Shown here: piece after piece, positions 41,733 to 51,918 of the stretch
Numbering within the stretch: the first letter of the stretch is position 1
Layout of the letters: the number at the start of each line of letters is the position of its first letter
Assembly: GCA_963822965.1 (NCBI GenBank)
Contig: CAWGJT010000007.1
Coordinates: 32,001-96,000 of the forward strand
Length of the DNA: 64,000 nucleotides
Source: an uncultured delta proteobacterium
Lineage (GTDB): Bacteria; Myxococcota_A; UBA9160; UBA4427
Reading direction: 5' to 3'
The notes under the pieces: model-generated
What the model was told of the DNA's origin: nothing
Seen by the model: only the letters and a program-made list of their open reading frames with translations
The model's database searches: none
Made by a program: the position numbers and the translations under genes

Positions 41733-42878
41733 ATGGCCTACGAGATCAAGCGCTTTCCGTTCGACGGGACGATCGACGCCGACGGCCACGTCCTCGAGCC
41801 GCCGGACCTGTGGGAGGAGTACCTGCCGGCGGCGCTGCGCGCGCGCGCGCTCCGCATCCGGGTCGACGCCGACGGCTACGAGTATCTCGAGATCGACGGT
41901 CGGCCTTCCAGACGGTCGCGACGCGGCTCCATCGGAGTGCTCGGCGCGATGGGCGACGAAGACCAGCGGCCGCGCCCCGACCGGCGCTACGCGGACAGCA
42001 TGCCCTATGGTGCCTGTGACGCGAAGGAGCGGATCTCGCTGCTCGATCGGGAGAACCTCGACGCCGCACTCCTCTATCCCACGCTGGGCCTGCTGTGGGA
42101 GTGGGAGCTCACCGACCCCGAGCTGAGCCTCGCGTACTGCAGCGCGTACAACCGCTGGATCGCCGACTTCTGTCGCGACAGTGGCGGGCGCCTGGTGCCG
42201 ATCGCCCAGCTCACCCTGCTCGATCCGGAGGGCTCGGCGCGCGAGCTCGAGCGCGCCGTCCGCGGCGGCTGCAAGGGAGCCTGGGTGAATCCCTTCAACC
42301 ATCGTCGCGTGCTCCACGGCCACACCGATCACGACGTCCTCCACGCGAAGTGCGTCGAGCTCGACGTTCCGCTCGCGATCCACCCGACCTTCACACCCCA
42401 CGACAGGCCCGCGGAGGGAATCTTCGACTGGCCGCGCCACGCCGTAGCGCTCGCGGGTGCCCTCTGGCTGCGGGGCATCGTCCAGCAGGCCTTCATCTCC
42501 TACATCGCCCTCGGTACGCTCGACCGCTTCCCGACGCTCCGGATCGGCATCCTCGAGGCCGGCTCCGGCTGGGTCGGCGCGATGCTCGACCGGCTGGACG
42601 CAGTGGCATCCGCTCTGGGGATCTCGCAGAGGGGCGGCCCGAGTGCATCCGAGCGCTTCCGCCGCCAGTGCTTCGTCTCGGGCGACCCCGACGAGACGAC
42701 GGCGCCGCACACCATCGACCCCGTGGGCGCCGACTGCTTCCTGTGGGCGACCGACTACCCGCATCCCGATCACCCCCACACGTGGGTGGACGATCTGACG
42801 CGCTACGCGGAGCAGCTGACTCCCGAGACGCGCGCGAAGGTGCTGGGCGACAACGTCCGCCGGATCTATCGGCTCTGA
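41733..42878 (+). CDS. Amidohydrolase_2 family protein
   Basis: IDADGH, AYNRW, LEAGSGW, WATDYPH. Confidence 0.9.
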   Translation: MAYEIKRFPFDGTIDADGHVLEPPDLWEEYLPAALRARALRIRVDADGYEYLEIDGRPSRRSRRGSIGVLGAMGDEDQRPRPDRRYADSMPYGACDAKERISLLDRENLDAALLYPTLGLLWEWELTDPELSLAYCSAYNRWIADFCRDSGGRLVPIAQLTLLDPEGSARELERAVRGGCKGAWVNPFNHRRVLHGHTDHDVLHAKCVELDVPLAIHPTFTPHDRPAEGIFDWPRHAVALAGALWLRGIVQQAFISYIALGTLDRFPTLRIGILEAGSGWVGAMLDRLDAVASALGISQRGGPSASERFRRQCFVSGDPDETTAPHTIDPVGADCFLWATDYPHPDHPHTWVDDLTRYAEQLTPETRAKVLGDNVRRIYRL

Positions 42879-43313
42879 CCCGCCACGCCGATCTGACCGA
42901 CCGATGCGCCGGCGTTGGGGGATAGGACATTCGAGCTGGGTTTCGGCGTGAGGCCCGAGCAGGGGTGCTATCTGAAGCCCCTGGGGGGAGCCCCGCGGTG
43001 GGGCAGCTGCTTCGCGCCTTCGAGGGGGCTCTCTGGATGGCGGGTCCGGCCGGCGGTCCGAGCGCCGTCCAGGCCCGGGGCCCCAGGCGTCCGTATCCGT
43101 TGCTGAAACCCGTCGGCCCGCGGGATGCGGGCTCGACCCGCAGCGGGCCGGGGTTTTCCGATCGTAGGTGCGCCGAGCCGCCGTCGCCTGGAATTCGGTT
43201 TGTAGAACGGCGGGTTGCGCGTTGACGGAACACCGCAGGGCTGTCACAATCGGCGCTGCTGCGGTTTTCGGTGGGTTGGCCGTCAACACGAGCTGACTCG
43301 ACCAGGAGTTGTC

Positions 43314-43634
43314 ATGAAGTCGTCGGTTGGATTCTCTGCTCTGGTTCTTGCTCTTTTCCTGATTGCGACTCCCGCATTCGCGACGGGTGTGTCCTGGTTC
43401 AACTATTCGAGTGGAGGCAGCTGGAGCTCGGGTGGAGACAGCTGGAGCTCGGGTGGAGACAGCTGGAGCTCGGGTGGAGATAGCTGGAGCTCCAACCACG
43501 AGCGGAGGCACCGCTGCTACTACAACTGCACGGTCTCCACGAACCCCGTTCCCGAACCCACTGCGGCGCTCGTGTTCGCCGTCGGTACGCTGGTGATCGG
43601 AGGGGGTATCCGCAGGAGTCGCCGCTCCAGCTGA
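43314..43634 (+). CDS. Small PEP-CTERM protein with SWSSGGD repeats
   Basis: AGGAG RBS, signal peptide, 21-bp repeat x about 3.5, VPEPTAALVFAVGTLVIGGGIRRSRR. Confidence 0.85.
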   Translation: MKSSVGFSALVLALFLIATPAFATGVSWFNYSSGGSWSSGGDSWSSGGDSWSSGGDSWSSNHERRHRCYYNCTVSTNPVPEPTAALVFAVGTLVIGGGIRRSRRSS

Positions 43635-43666
43635 TCCCGCCCCGGCGCCAGGAGGGTCGAATCGTC

Positions 43667-43697
43667 CGAGGGCCGCTCTCGCCGAGAGCGGCCCTCG
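43667..43697 (+). terminator. Hairpin, possible intrinsic terminator
   Basis: Perfect 14-bp stem CGAGGGCCGCTCTC-gcc-GAGAGCGGCCCTCG 33 bp after the stop; weak U tail. Confidence 0.5.
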
Positions 43698-43899
43698 CTT
43701 CGTCTGGGCCGCCCGTCGACGGGAGTGCCATGACACACCGAAGTGATCGTCTCGCGCGGCGCCGAGGACTGCTCGCGAGTCCACCCGGGTGCCGCGGTCG
43801 ATTCGAAGCCAGTCGCGGACTGTCTCCAGGTCTGCACCCTTGCTGACGCGATACTTCGACGAAAAGCTGGCGAGCGCTTCGTGGCCGAAGGCCACTTTG

Positions 43900-43930
43900 C
43901 GAACCCCCGACCCTCAGGTTCGAAGACCGA
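43900..43930 (-). repeat. tRNA-Arg(UCG)-like fragment, copy 1
   Basis: Minus strand TCGGT-CTTCGAA-CCTGA-GGGTC-GGGGG-TTCG = anticodon arm, variable loop, start of T arm. Confidence 0.6.
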
Positions 43931-44242
43931 TCCAGACGCAAGCGATGACACGGGGTTGCGGTCGCGGCTCTGCAGATCGCGGCATGGGGCGGCGTAGAGG
44001 GGCGTGGAATCCGGCTCTGGCGGCTCTGTCCGGCTCCGGCGGGCGTTGGCTGGGGAACCCGGAGCCCAGCATGGCTGACTGCGCTCTCCGCGGTGCCCAT
44101 CCGGCAGGGTGTGGCCGTCCTCCACCTCCCTCGCGGCCCCGCGCGGAGCCCGATGGTCGCGGGGCCCCCGCACTGGATATGGGCGTCATGTCGAGGCGAT
44201 CCCGACGGCGTAAGCTCTCGGGGAACGCGCCGCGGAGGCCCC

Positions 44243-45475
44243 ATGAGCGTCGACCAGCGAACCCGCATGATGAAGGACGTCCGCCCGCTCTCCACGGAAG
44301 AGGTGCTGGACGTCGTCCTTCCGGGAGCCATCGCGGCGCACGGCGAGCTCGCGGCGCGCGGCGCGAGCTTCCGCAAGGTCCACCCCCTCGGACTCGAAAT
44401 CGAAGCGGGCGACGGCACGGCGTTCACCCTGCGCGCCCTGGGCCGGCGTCTCGTCTGCGAGTCGGGCCTCGAGGCGGCCGGAATCGTCGCGCGGCTTTCT
44501 GTGGACGCGCTCTCGGACCTCGTGCAGGACTACCAGTCCACCATGGGTCTCATGATGACCGGCCGCGTGCAGGTGGTGCGCGGTGAGACGACCGACTGGC
44601 TCACCTGGGAGCCCGTCCTGCGCGCGCTCCTCGATGGCCGGCGTGTCTACGAAACGGGCGACGTGACGTTCCGGGACCTCGAAGGCCAGCCCCTCGACCT
44701 GGACCGCGTCTTCAACATCGACGGCGACCGCGAGGAGATGGCGCACTTTCTCGCCGAGGCGGGCTTCCTGCACGTACGCGGGGTGTTCGAGGAAGACGAG
44801 ATGGCCGCGGTCGGCCGCGACATCGATCACTTCGTTTCCCTGGCGCGCCCGGACGACGGCGACTCCTGGTGGGCCGAGGACGCCCTGGGCAACGCCCAGG
44901 CGGTGCGGGTGCTGGAGTTCTACGAGAAGTCCGAGGCGCTGCGGGAGCTCGTCCACAGCGATCGCTACCAGTGGATCGGCGAGCTCACGGGCGACGGGCA
45001 CGTGTACCGGCGCGGCGCCGAGGGCCTGGTGAAGCCCCTCGGCATCGTGAAGGGCCTCTCCGATCTGCCCTGGCACAAGGACTGCGGGCAGGGGCGCCAC
45101 TCCTACCTGTGCAACGCGCTCACCTGCGGCATCTCGGTGACGGGCGCGGACCGCGTGAGCGGCGCCCTCGGTGTCGTTCCGGGCTCCCACCGCGCCAACG
45201 TGATGATGCCCGGACGCGACCCGGTGATGGACCTCGAGGCGCGCATGCTCGAGACCCGCACGGGGGATGTCACCATCCACTGCAGCGACACCCTCCACCG
45301 CGCCCACCCTCCGACGGAGCGCCCGCGCAAGGTCGTCTACTCGGGCTTCCGCCTCCCCCTGCGTCCGGGCGACGAACCGATCGTCGAGGATCGCTACAGC
45401 AAGGAGGCTCGCGCGGAGCTCACTCATGTCGAGGACCGAATCGCGGCGGCGGGCCGGGCTTCGAGGTCTGCGTAG
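44243..45475 (+). CDS. Phytanoyl-CoA dioxygenase (PhyH) family protein
   Basis: LPWHKD, VVPGSH, GDVTIH...LHRA. Confidence 0.85.
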   Translation: MSVDQRTRMMKDVRPLSTEEVLDVVLPGAIAAHGELAARGASFRKVHPLGLEIEAGDGTAFTLRALGRRLVCESGLEAAGIVARLSVDALSDLVQDYQSTMGLMMTGRVQVVRGETTDWLTWEPVLRALLDGRRVYETGDVTFRDLEGQPLDLDRVFNIDGDREEMAHFLAEAGFLHVRGVFEEDEMAAVGRDIDHFVSLARPDDGDSWWAEDALGNAQAVRVLEFYEKSEALRELVHSDRYQWIGELTGDGHVYRRGAEGLVKPLGIVKGLSDLPWHKDCGQGRHSYLCNALTCGISVTGADRVSGALGVVPGSHRANVMMPGRDPVMDLEARMLETRTGDVTIHCSDTLHRAHPPTERPRKVVYSGFRLPLRPGDEPIVEDRYSKEARAELTHVEDRIAAAGRASRSA

Positions 45476-45506
45476 TGCCCATGAGAGTCGTGCCGAGGAG
45501 AAGAGG

Positions 45507-47173
<1,667 letters not shown>

Positions 47174-47196
47174 GCGCGTACGCTGGAGCTGGCTCG

Positions 47197-47227
47197 CGAA
47201 CCCTCGGCCCTCCGGTTCGAAGCCTGA
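47197..47227 (-). repeat. tRNA-Arg(UCG)-like fragment, copy 2
   Basis: Minus strand TCAGG-CTTCGAA-CCGGA-GGGCC-GAGGG-TTCG; 26/31 identical to copy 1. Confidence 0.6.
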
Positions 47228-47470
47228 ACGGACCTCGAGGAAGACCCACCAGTCACGCGATTGCGAGAGGGAATGAGGGGGAATACGAGGGAGTACGGGC
47301 ACGTTCTGGTCACGTGCGCGGTCAACTCGACGATCCGGCACGGTCGTGTGAGGTCGTTATCGCCTGCGGAGGCGACGAGAGTCAGCGAAGATCAGCTGCG
47401 AATCTGGTCTCGTGGGCAACGCTGCACGAGGAGAAGTGGGGAGAGGGCGTGCAAGCTGCGTTTCGGCTCG

Positions 47471-47525
47471 ACGCCCGGGTCTGGGCGTTGTGTCAATCTC
47501 CCCTCCGTGGTCACGGCGGCGGGCC
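47471..47525 (+). repeat. Degenerate copy of the dif-like repeat
   Basis: ACGCCCGGGTC-TGGGCG-TTGTGTCAATC followed by CCCTCCGTGGTCACGGCGGCGGG as in the copies at 56247 and 58006. Confidence 0.55.
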
Positions 47526-47578
47526 GAAGTCGGGGATCCCAGTCCGACTCGATTCGATCGAGCTCGAGGACGCGTTGC

Positions 47579-47832
47579 TCAGGGGTGGACCAGTCCGAGG
47601 GCCACGGCCCGCGCGGCGGCCTGTGAGCGCGAGCCCGCGCCCAGCTTGCGAATAGCCGCCGCGAGGTGCAGGTCCACCGTCTTGTGCGACAGGTTCAGGC
47701 GGTCGGCGATCTGATCGCTCGTGAGCCCGGCCGCAACCCAGGTCAGGCATTCGTGCTGGCGCGGCGAGAGCGGCTGAAGGGCCTCGGGGGCCGCGTCTTC
47801 ACCGGGAATGTGACCACGCGCTCGGTGCTCAT
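47579..47832 (-). CDS. LuxR-type HTH-only regulator (one frameshift; absent from the ORF track)
   Basis: LSPRQHECLTWVAAGLTSDQIADRLNLSHKTVDLHLAAAIRKLG; ATG at 47832 is out of frame with this segment. Confidence 0.75.
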
Positions 47833-47836
47833 GCCC

Positions 47837-48478
47837 TCACTCCTGGACCGCGTCCCCGGGCGCATAGACCCAGGGTCGACGGACGCGGTCGGCCGACTGG
47901 AAGGCAGCGATCTCCGCCTCGCGCCGGCTCGTCAGACCGATGTCGTCGAGCCCCTCGAGCAGTCCCTCGCGGCGCAGGGGGTTGACCTCGAAGGGCACGC
48001 GATCGCCCGCTGGCGTCGTCACCTCGCAGCGCTCGAGGTCGACGATGAAGCGCGCGTCGGGCTCGCGCGCCAGCTCGGCGAACGCTTCGACCGTCTCGAG
48101 CGGGAGCACGATCGGTAGCACCCCGCGCTGGAAGCAGTTGCCGAAGAAGATGTCGCCGAAGCTCGGTGCGATGATCACGCGGAAGCCCATACCGCGAATC
48201 ACCCAGACCGCGGGCTCGCGCGAGCTCCCGCAGCCGAAGTTCTCGCCGGCGAGCAGGATCTGGGCTCCGCGATATGTCGCATGGTTCAGCACGAAGTCGG
48301 AGCTCTCGGGCCCGTCGGCGCCCTCCGGTCCGTAGCGCAGCGGCTCGAACGCGTAGCGCGAGAGATCGTCGCCTCGCCGGACGCTCACGATCCGGCGCAT
48401 GGGGATGATGACGTCGGTATCGACGTTCTGGAGCATCAGCGGAGCTGCGATGCTCTCGACGCGCGCGAACCTCTCCAC
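47837..48478 (-). CDS. leuD: 3-isopropylmalate dehydratase small subunit-like
   Basis: NVDTDVIIP, NFGCGSSRE, SFGDIF, LLEGLDDI. Confidence 0.9.
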   Translation of the reverse strand: MERFARVESIAAPLMLQNVDTDVIIPMRRIVSVRRGDDLSRYAFEPLRYGPEGADGPESSDFVLNHATYRGAQILLAGENFGCGSSREPAVWVIRGMGFRVIIAPSFGDIFFGNCFQRGVLPIVLPLETVEAFAELAREPDARFIVDLERCEVTTPAGDRVPFEVNPLRREGLLEGLDDIGLTSRREAEIAAFQSADRVRRPWVYAPGDAVQE

Positions 48479-48491
48479 GGGCTCTCTCCTC

Positions 48492-49904
48492 CTAGTGCGC
48501 CGCGAGCTTGCGCACGTCGGTGATCGTGCCCGTCACGGCGGCCGCCGCGGCCATCGCGGGGCTCGCGAGATGGGTTCGGGCGCCCGGACCCTGGCGTCCC
48601 ACGAAGTTCCGGTTCGAGGTCGAGACGCAGCGCTGGCCAGCGGGAACCGTCTCGCCGTTGGTGGCCGAGCAGGCCGAGCAGCCCGGCTCGCGCCACTCGA
48701 ATCCCGCGTCGCGGAAGATCCGCGCGAGTCCCTCCGCCTCGGCGTCTCGCTTCACCGCGCGCGAGCCCGGAACGACCCACGCCGTCACGTCGGGCGCCAC
48801 GCGCCGGCCGCGCACGATCGCCGCAGCCGCGCGCAGGTCCGAGAGCCGGCCGTTGGCACACGAGCCGATGAACACGCGGTCGATCGACAGTCCTTCGATC
48901 GGCTGACCCGGCGCGAGGTCCATGTAGGCGAGCGCGTCCACCCAGGCCTTGCGGCGTCCCGCGTCGGGCGCGCGCTCGGGATCGGGAACCCGCCCGTCGA
49001 CGCCGATCGTGTGCTCGGGACTCGTGCCCCAGCTCACCTGCGGCGCGACGGCGCTCGCGTCGAGCGTCTCCTCTCGGTCGAAGCGCGCGTCGGGATCGCT
49101 GGCGAGCGTGCGCCAGTCGGCGAGGGCTCGTTCCCAGAGCGCACCGCGCGGCGCAAAGGGCCGGTTCTCGAGGTACGCGAACGTCGTCTCGTCGGGGGCG
49201 ACGAGACCGATCTTGGCGCCCATTTCGATCGACAGGTTGCACAGCGTCATGCGTCCCTCGACGGAGAGCGCGCGCACCGCGGAGCCGGCGAACTCGATCG
49301 CATGGCCGCTGCCCGCCGCCGCGCCGAGCGTCGCGATCGCGTGCAGGATCAGGTCCTTGGGCTCGACGCCGCGACCGGGCGTGCCCTCGAAGCAGACGCG
49401 CAGGGTTCGCGGCCGCTGTTGGATGATGGTCTGGGTGGCGAGCACGTGCGCGATCTCGGTCGAGCCGATGCCCCAGGCGACCGCACCGAGTCCGCCGTGC
49501 GTGCAGGTGTGGCTGTCGCCGCAGACCAGCGTGAGGCCCGGGAGCGTCAGGCCGAGCTCGGGGCCGATCACGTGCACGATGCCCTGCTCGGGGTCGTGGA
49601 TGTCGAAGAGCCGGACGCCCGCCTCGTGGCAGCCGCGCCGCAGCGCGGGGACGAGCCGCGCCCCGATGGGGCTCGAGTCGTCGTCGCGATCGGGCAGGGT
49701 GGAGACGCCGTGGTCGGGCGTCGCGAAGGTCAGCTCGGGATTGCGCAGAGCCCGTCCCTGGGCGCGCAGCGCGCCGAGCGCGCTGGGACCGGAGAGGTCG
49801 TGCAGCAGATGGCGGTCGACGTGGAGCAGGTCGAAGCCGCCGCCGAGCGGAGCCACGACGTGGACGTCCCAGATGCGGTCGAAGATCGTGTTTCCGGCCG
49901 GCAT
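48492..49904 (-). CDS. leuC: 3-isopropylmalate dehydratase large subunit-like
   Basis: QGIVHV, CGDSHTCTHG, FIGSC, PGCSAC, STSNRNF. Confidence 0.9.
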   Translation of the reverse strand: MPAGNTIFDRIWDVHVVAPLGGGFDLLHVDRHLLHDLSGPSALGALRAQGRALRNPELTFATPDHGVSTLPDRDDDSSPIGARLVPALRRGCHEAGVRLFDIHDPEQGIVHVIGPELGLTLPGLTLVCGDSHTCTHGGLGAVAWGIGSTEIAHVLATQTIIQQRPRTLRVCFEGTPGRGVEPKDLILHAIATLGAAAGSGHAIEFAGSAVRALSVEGRMTLCNLSIEMGAKIGLVAPDETTFAYLENRPFAPRGALWERALADWRTLASDPDARFDREETLDASAVAPQVSWGTSPEHTIGVDGRVPDPERAPDAGRRKAWVDALAYMDLAPGQPIEGLSIDRVFIGSCANGRLSDLRAAAAIVRGRRVAPDVTAWVVPGSRAVKRDAEAEGLARIFRDAGFEWREPGCSACSATNGETVPAGQRCVSTSNRNFVGRQGPGARTHLASPAMAAAAAVTGTITDVRKLAAH

Positions 49905-49942
49905 CGGCGGACTCCTCCCCGCGGATCAGCGATCGCGTGCGA

Positions 49943-51265
49943 TCACTTGCGCGTGATCTTCACCGGCAGCCGCGTGTATCCCTTCACGAAGGAAGAGAAG
50001 GTGCGGCTCGGCTCCTCCTGCACTTCGATTCGCTCGAAGCGTTGCAGGATCTCCTCCCACAGGACGCGCAGCTGCAGCTCCGCCAGTCGACTGCCCATGC
50101 AGAAATGGATGCCGTATCCGAACGAGAGGTGCTGGACGGCGTTGCGGCGCTCGATCTCGACCGCGTTCGCGTTCTCGAAGACGTCCTCGTCCCGGTTGGC
50201 CGAGACGTACCACATCAGCAGCTGGTCGTTCTTCCGGATCGGCTTGCCCGCGAACTCGCAGTCGCGGGTCGCGGTTCTCCTCATGTACGACAGCGGCGTC
50301 TGCCAGCGAATGATCTCGGGCACCATCTTCGGCACGAGCCGGGGATCGGCGACCAGCTTGTGGAACTGCTCGGGAAACTGGTCGAGCGCGTAGACGCTGC
50401 CCGACATCGTGTTGCGCGTGGTGTCGTTCCCGCCGACGATGAGCAGGATGAGGTTGCCGAGGTGCTCCGCGGGTGACATGTCCCGGGTGGCCTCCCCGTG
50501 CGCCAGCATCGAGACCAGGTCGTCGCCCGGCTTCTTCCTTCGCTCTTCCCAGAGCCGGGAGAAGTACTCGAGGCATTCCATCAGCTCCTGGCGCTTCTGC
50601 GTCATCGACTCGACGACGCCGCCGGGCTGCGGGATTGCGAAGACGATGTCCGACCAGCGCGTCAGCTTTCTTCGATCCTCGAACGGGAAGTCGAAGAGCG
50701 CGGCCAGCATCGTCGTAGTCAGCTCGATCGACACGGTATCGACCCAGTCGAAGGTCTCGGCTTCGGGAAGCGCGTCCAGGACCTGACGCGTGCGCTCGCG
50801 AATGGGCGGCTCGAGATTGGCGAGGTTGCGGGGCGCGACCGCGGGCTGCACGGTCCTTCGCTGCTCGTCGTGCCGCGGCGGATCCTGGGAGATGAAGGGC
50901 GGCGTGCCGACCAGCGCGCCTTCGGGAAGCGTGGCGCCGACGCGAAAGCCGAGCGTCATCCCGTGAGCCGACGAGAAGGTGTGCCAGTCGGAGCTGACCG
51001 CCTTGATGTCGTCGTACTTCGTGATCGACCAATAGCGCCCGGCGGTCTCGATCTCGTTCAGATGGACGGGATCCTCCCGACGCAATCGTTCGAAGTACTC
51101 CTGCCAGCGATTCTCGCGGAAGAGATGCGGGTTGGCCGGGTTGATCTCCTCGAGAGAGAGGTCGCGAGCCGGCGCGAAATCGCGGCCCCGATCCGCCTGC
51201 TCCTGCTCCGGGGTTCGGAACCCGGGCGGCACCGGCCGACCCAGGTCACTCGTCGTCTCACTCAC
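49943..51265 (-). CDS. Cytochrome P450, CYP153-like
   Basis: LLIVGGNDTTRN, EIIRWQTPL, HLSFGYGIHFCMG heme motif. Confidence 0.9.
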   Translation of the reverse strand: MSETTSDLGRPVPPGFRTPEQEQADRGRDFAPARDLSLEEINPANPHLFRENRWQEYFERLRREDPVHLNEIETAGRYWSITKYDDIKAVSSDWHTFSSAHGMTLGFRVGATLPEGALVGTPPFISQDPPRHDEQRRTVQPAVAPRNLANLEPPIRERTRQVLDALPEAETFDWVDTVSIELTTTMLAALFDFPFEDRRKLTRWSDIVFAIPQPGGVVESMTQKRQELMECLEYFSRLWEERRKKPGDDLVSMLAHGEATRDMSPAEHLGNLILLIVGGNDTTRNTMSGSVYALDQFPEQFHKLVADPRLVPKMVPEIIRWQTPLSYMRRTATRDCEFAGKPIRKNDQLLMWYVSANRDEDVFENANAVEIERRNAVQHLSFGYGIHFCMGSRLAELQLRVLWEEILQRFERIEVQEEPSRTFSSFVKGYTRLPVKITRK

Positions 51266-51518
51266 TCGAATCCTCCTCGGGGCGCTCGACGGGCTGGAGA
51301 TGGACGCCCACCTTCCTCACACGTTCCTCTTGCATCCATTCGAATGGGTCGCGAATCCGACTCCAGTGGGATGATAGAGCCTCGGCGCGAGAATGGAGGC
51401 GATCGCGGCTCGCGACCGCAGACGGCATCCGGCCGCCTACGATCCCTCCGTCGCTCCCCACAGCGATACCGCCACCTCTCGTCTCATCGCGGCCCGGTCG
51501 CGGACGTAGAGCGGTCGC

Positions 51519-51680
51519 TTCACTGACTGGTCGATCAACGTCCGGGCGGACGACGGCGCGTCGGGGACCTACATCACCGCCTCGTCGTTTCCCGTCAACA
51601 ACGACGACTGGCAGATCGTCATCAAGGACGCCCTCGGAGTCGTGCAGTTCGGGCCTTCGGGCGAAGGCCCCGGTCGAAGT
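51519..51680 (+). pseudogene. Isolated internal fragment of an extracellular protein gene
   Basis: FTDWSINVRADDGASGTYITASSFPVNNDDWQIVIKDALGVVQFGPSGEG with strong GC3 codon bias but no start. Confidence 0.4.
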
Positions 51681-51918
51681 AACCGAGGGCGTTCTCCTTG
51701 ATTGGAGCACCAGACCGGTTTCGAACCGACGACGCCACATCGGCAAAATGCGGGAAGCGCGAGAATTCCGACGAGGTCCGGGGCACTGGAGACCTTGGGC
51801 CAGCACCAGCTCTTCCAGGCAGAGGTCCCGGCCGCACGTTGTGGCGATGTCAGCCATCCGCCGGCCGGATCCCAGTGAACTTCATCGCTCACTGACGACC
51901 CCTGTGCGACCGCGATCT

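Noticed and set aside
43188..43205. Sigma-54 promoter before the PEP-CTERM gene
   Set aside because: TGGAAT-N5-TTGT lacks the invariant GC at -12.
47579..48478. LeuD-LuxR fusion by TGA readthrough
   Set aside because: The HTH is in frame behind the leuD stop, but an ATG at 47832 plus one indel explains it, in line with the error pattern.
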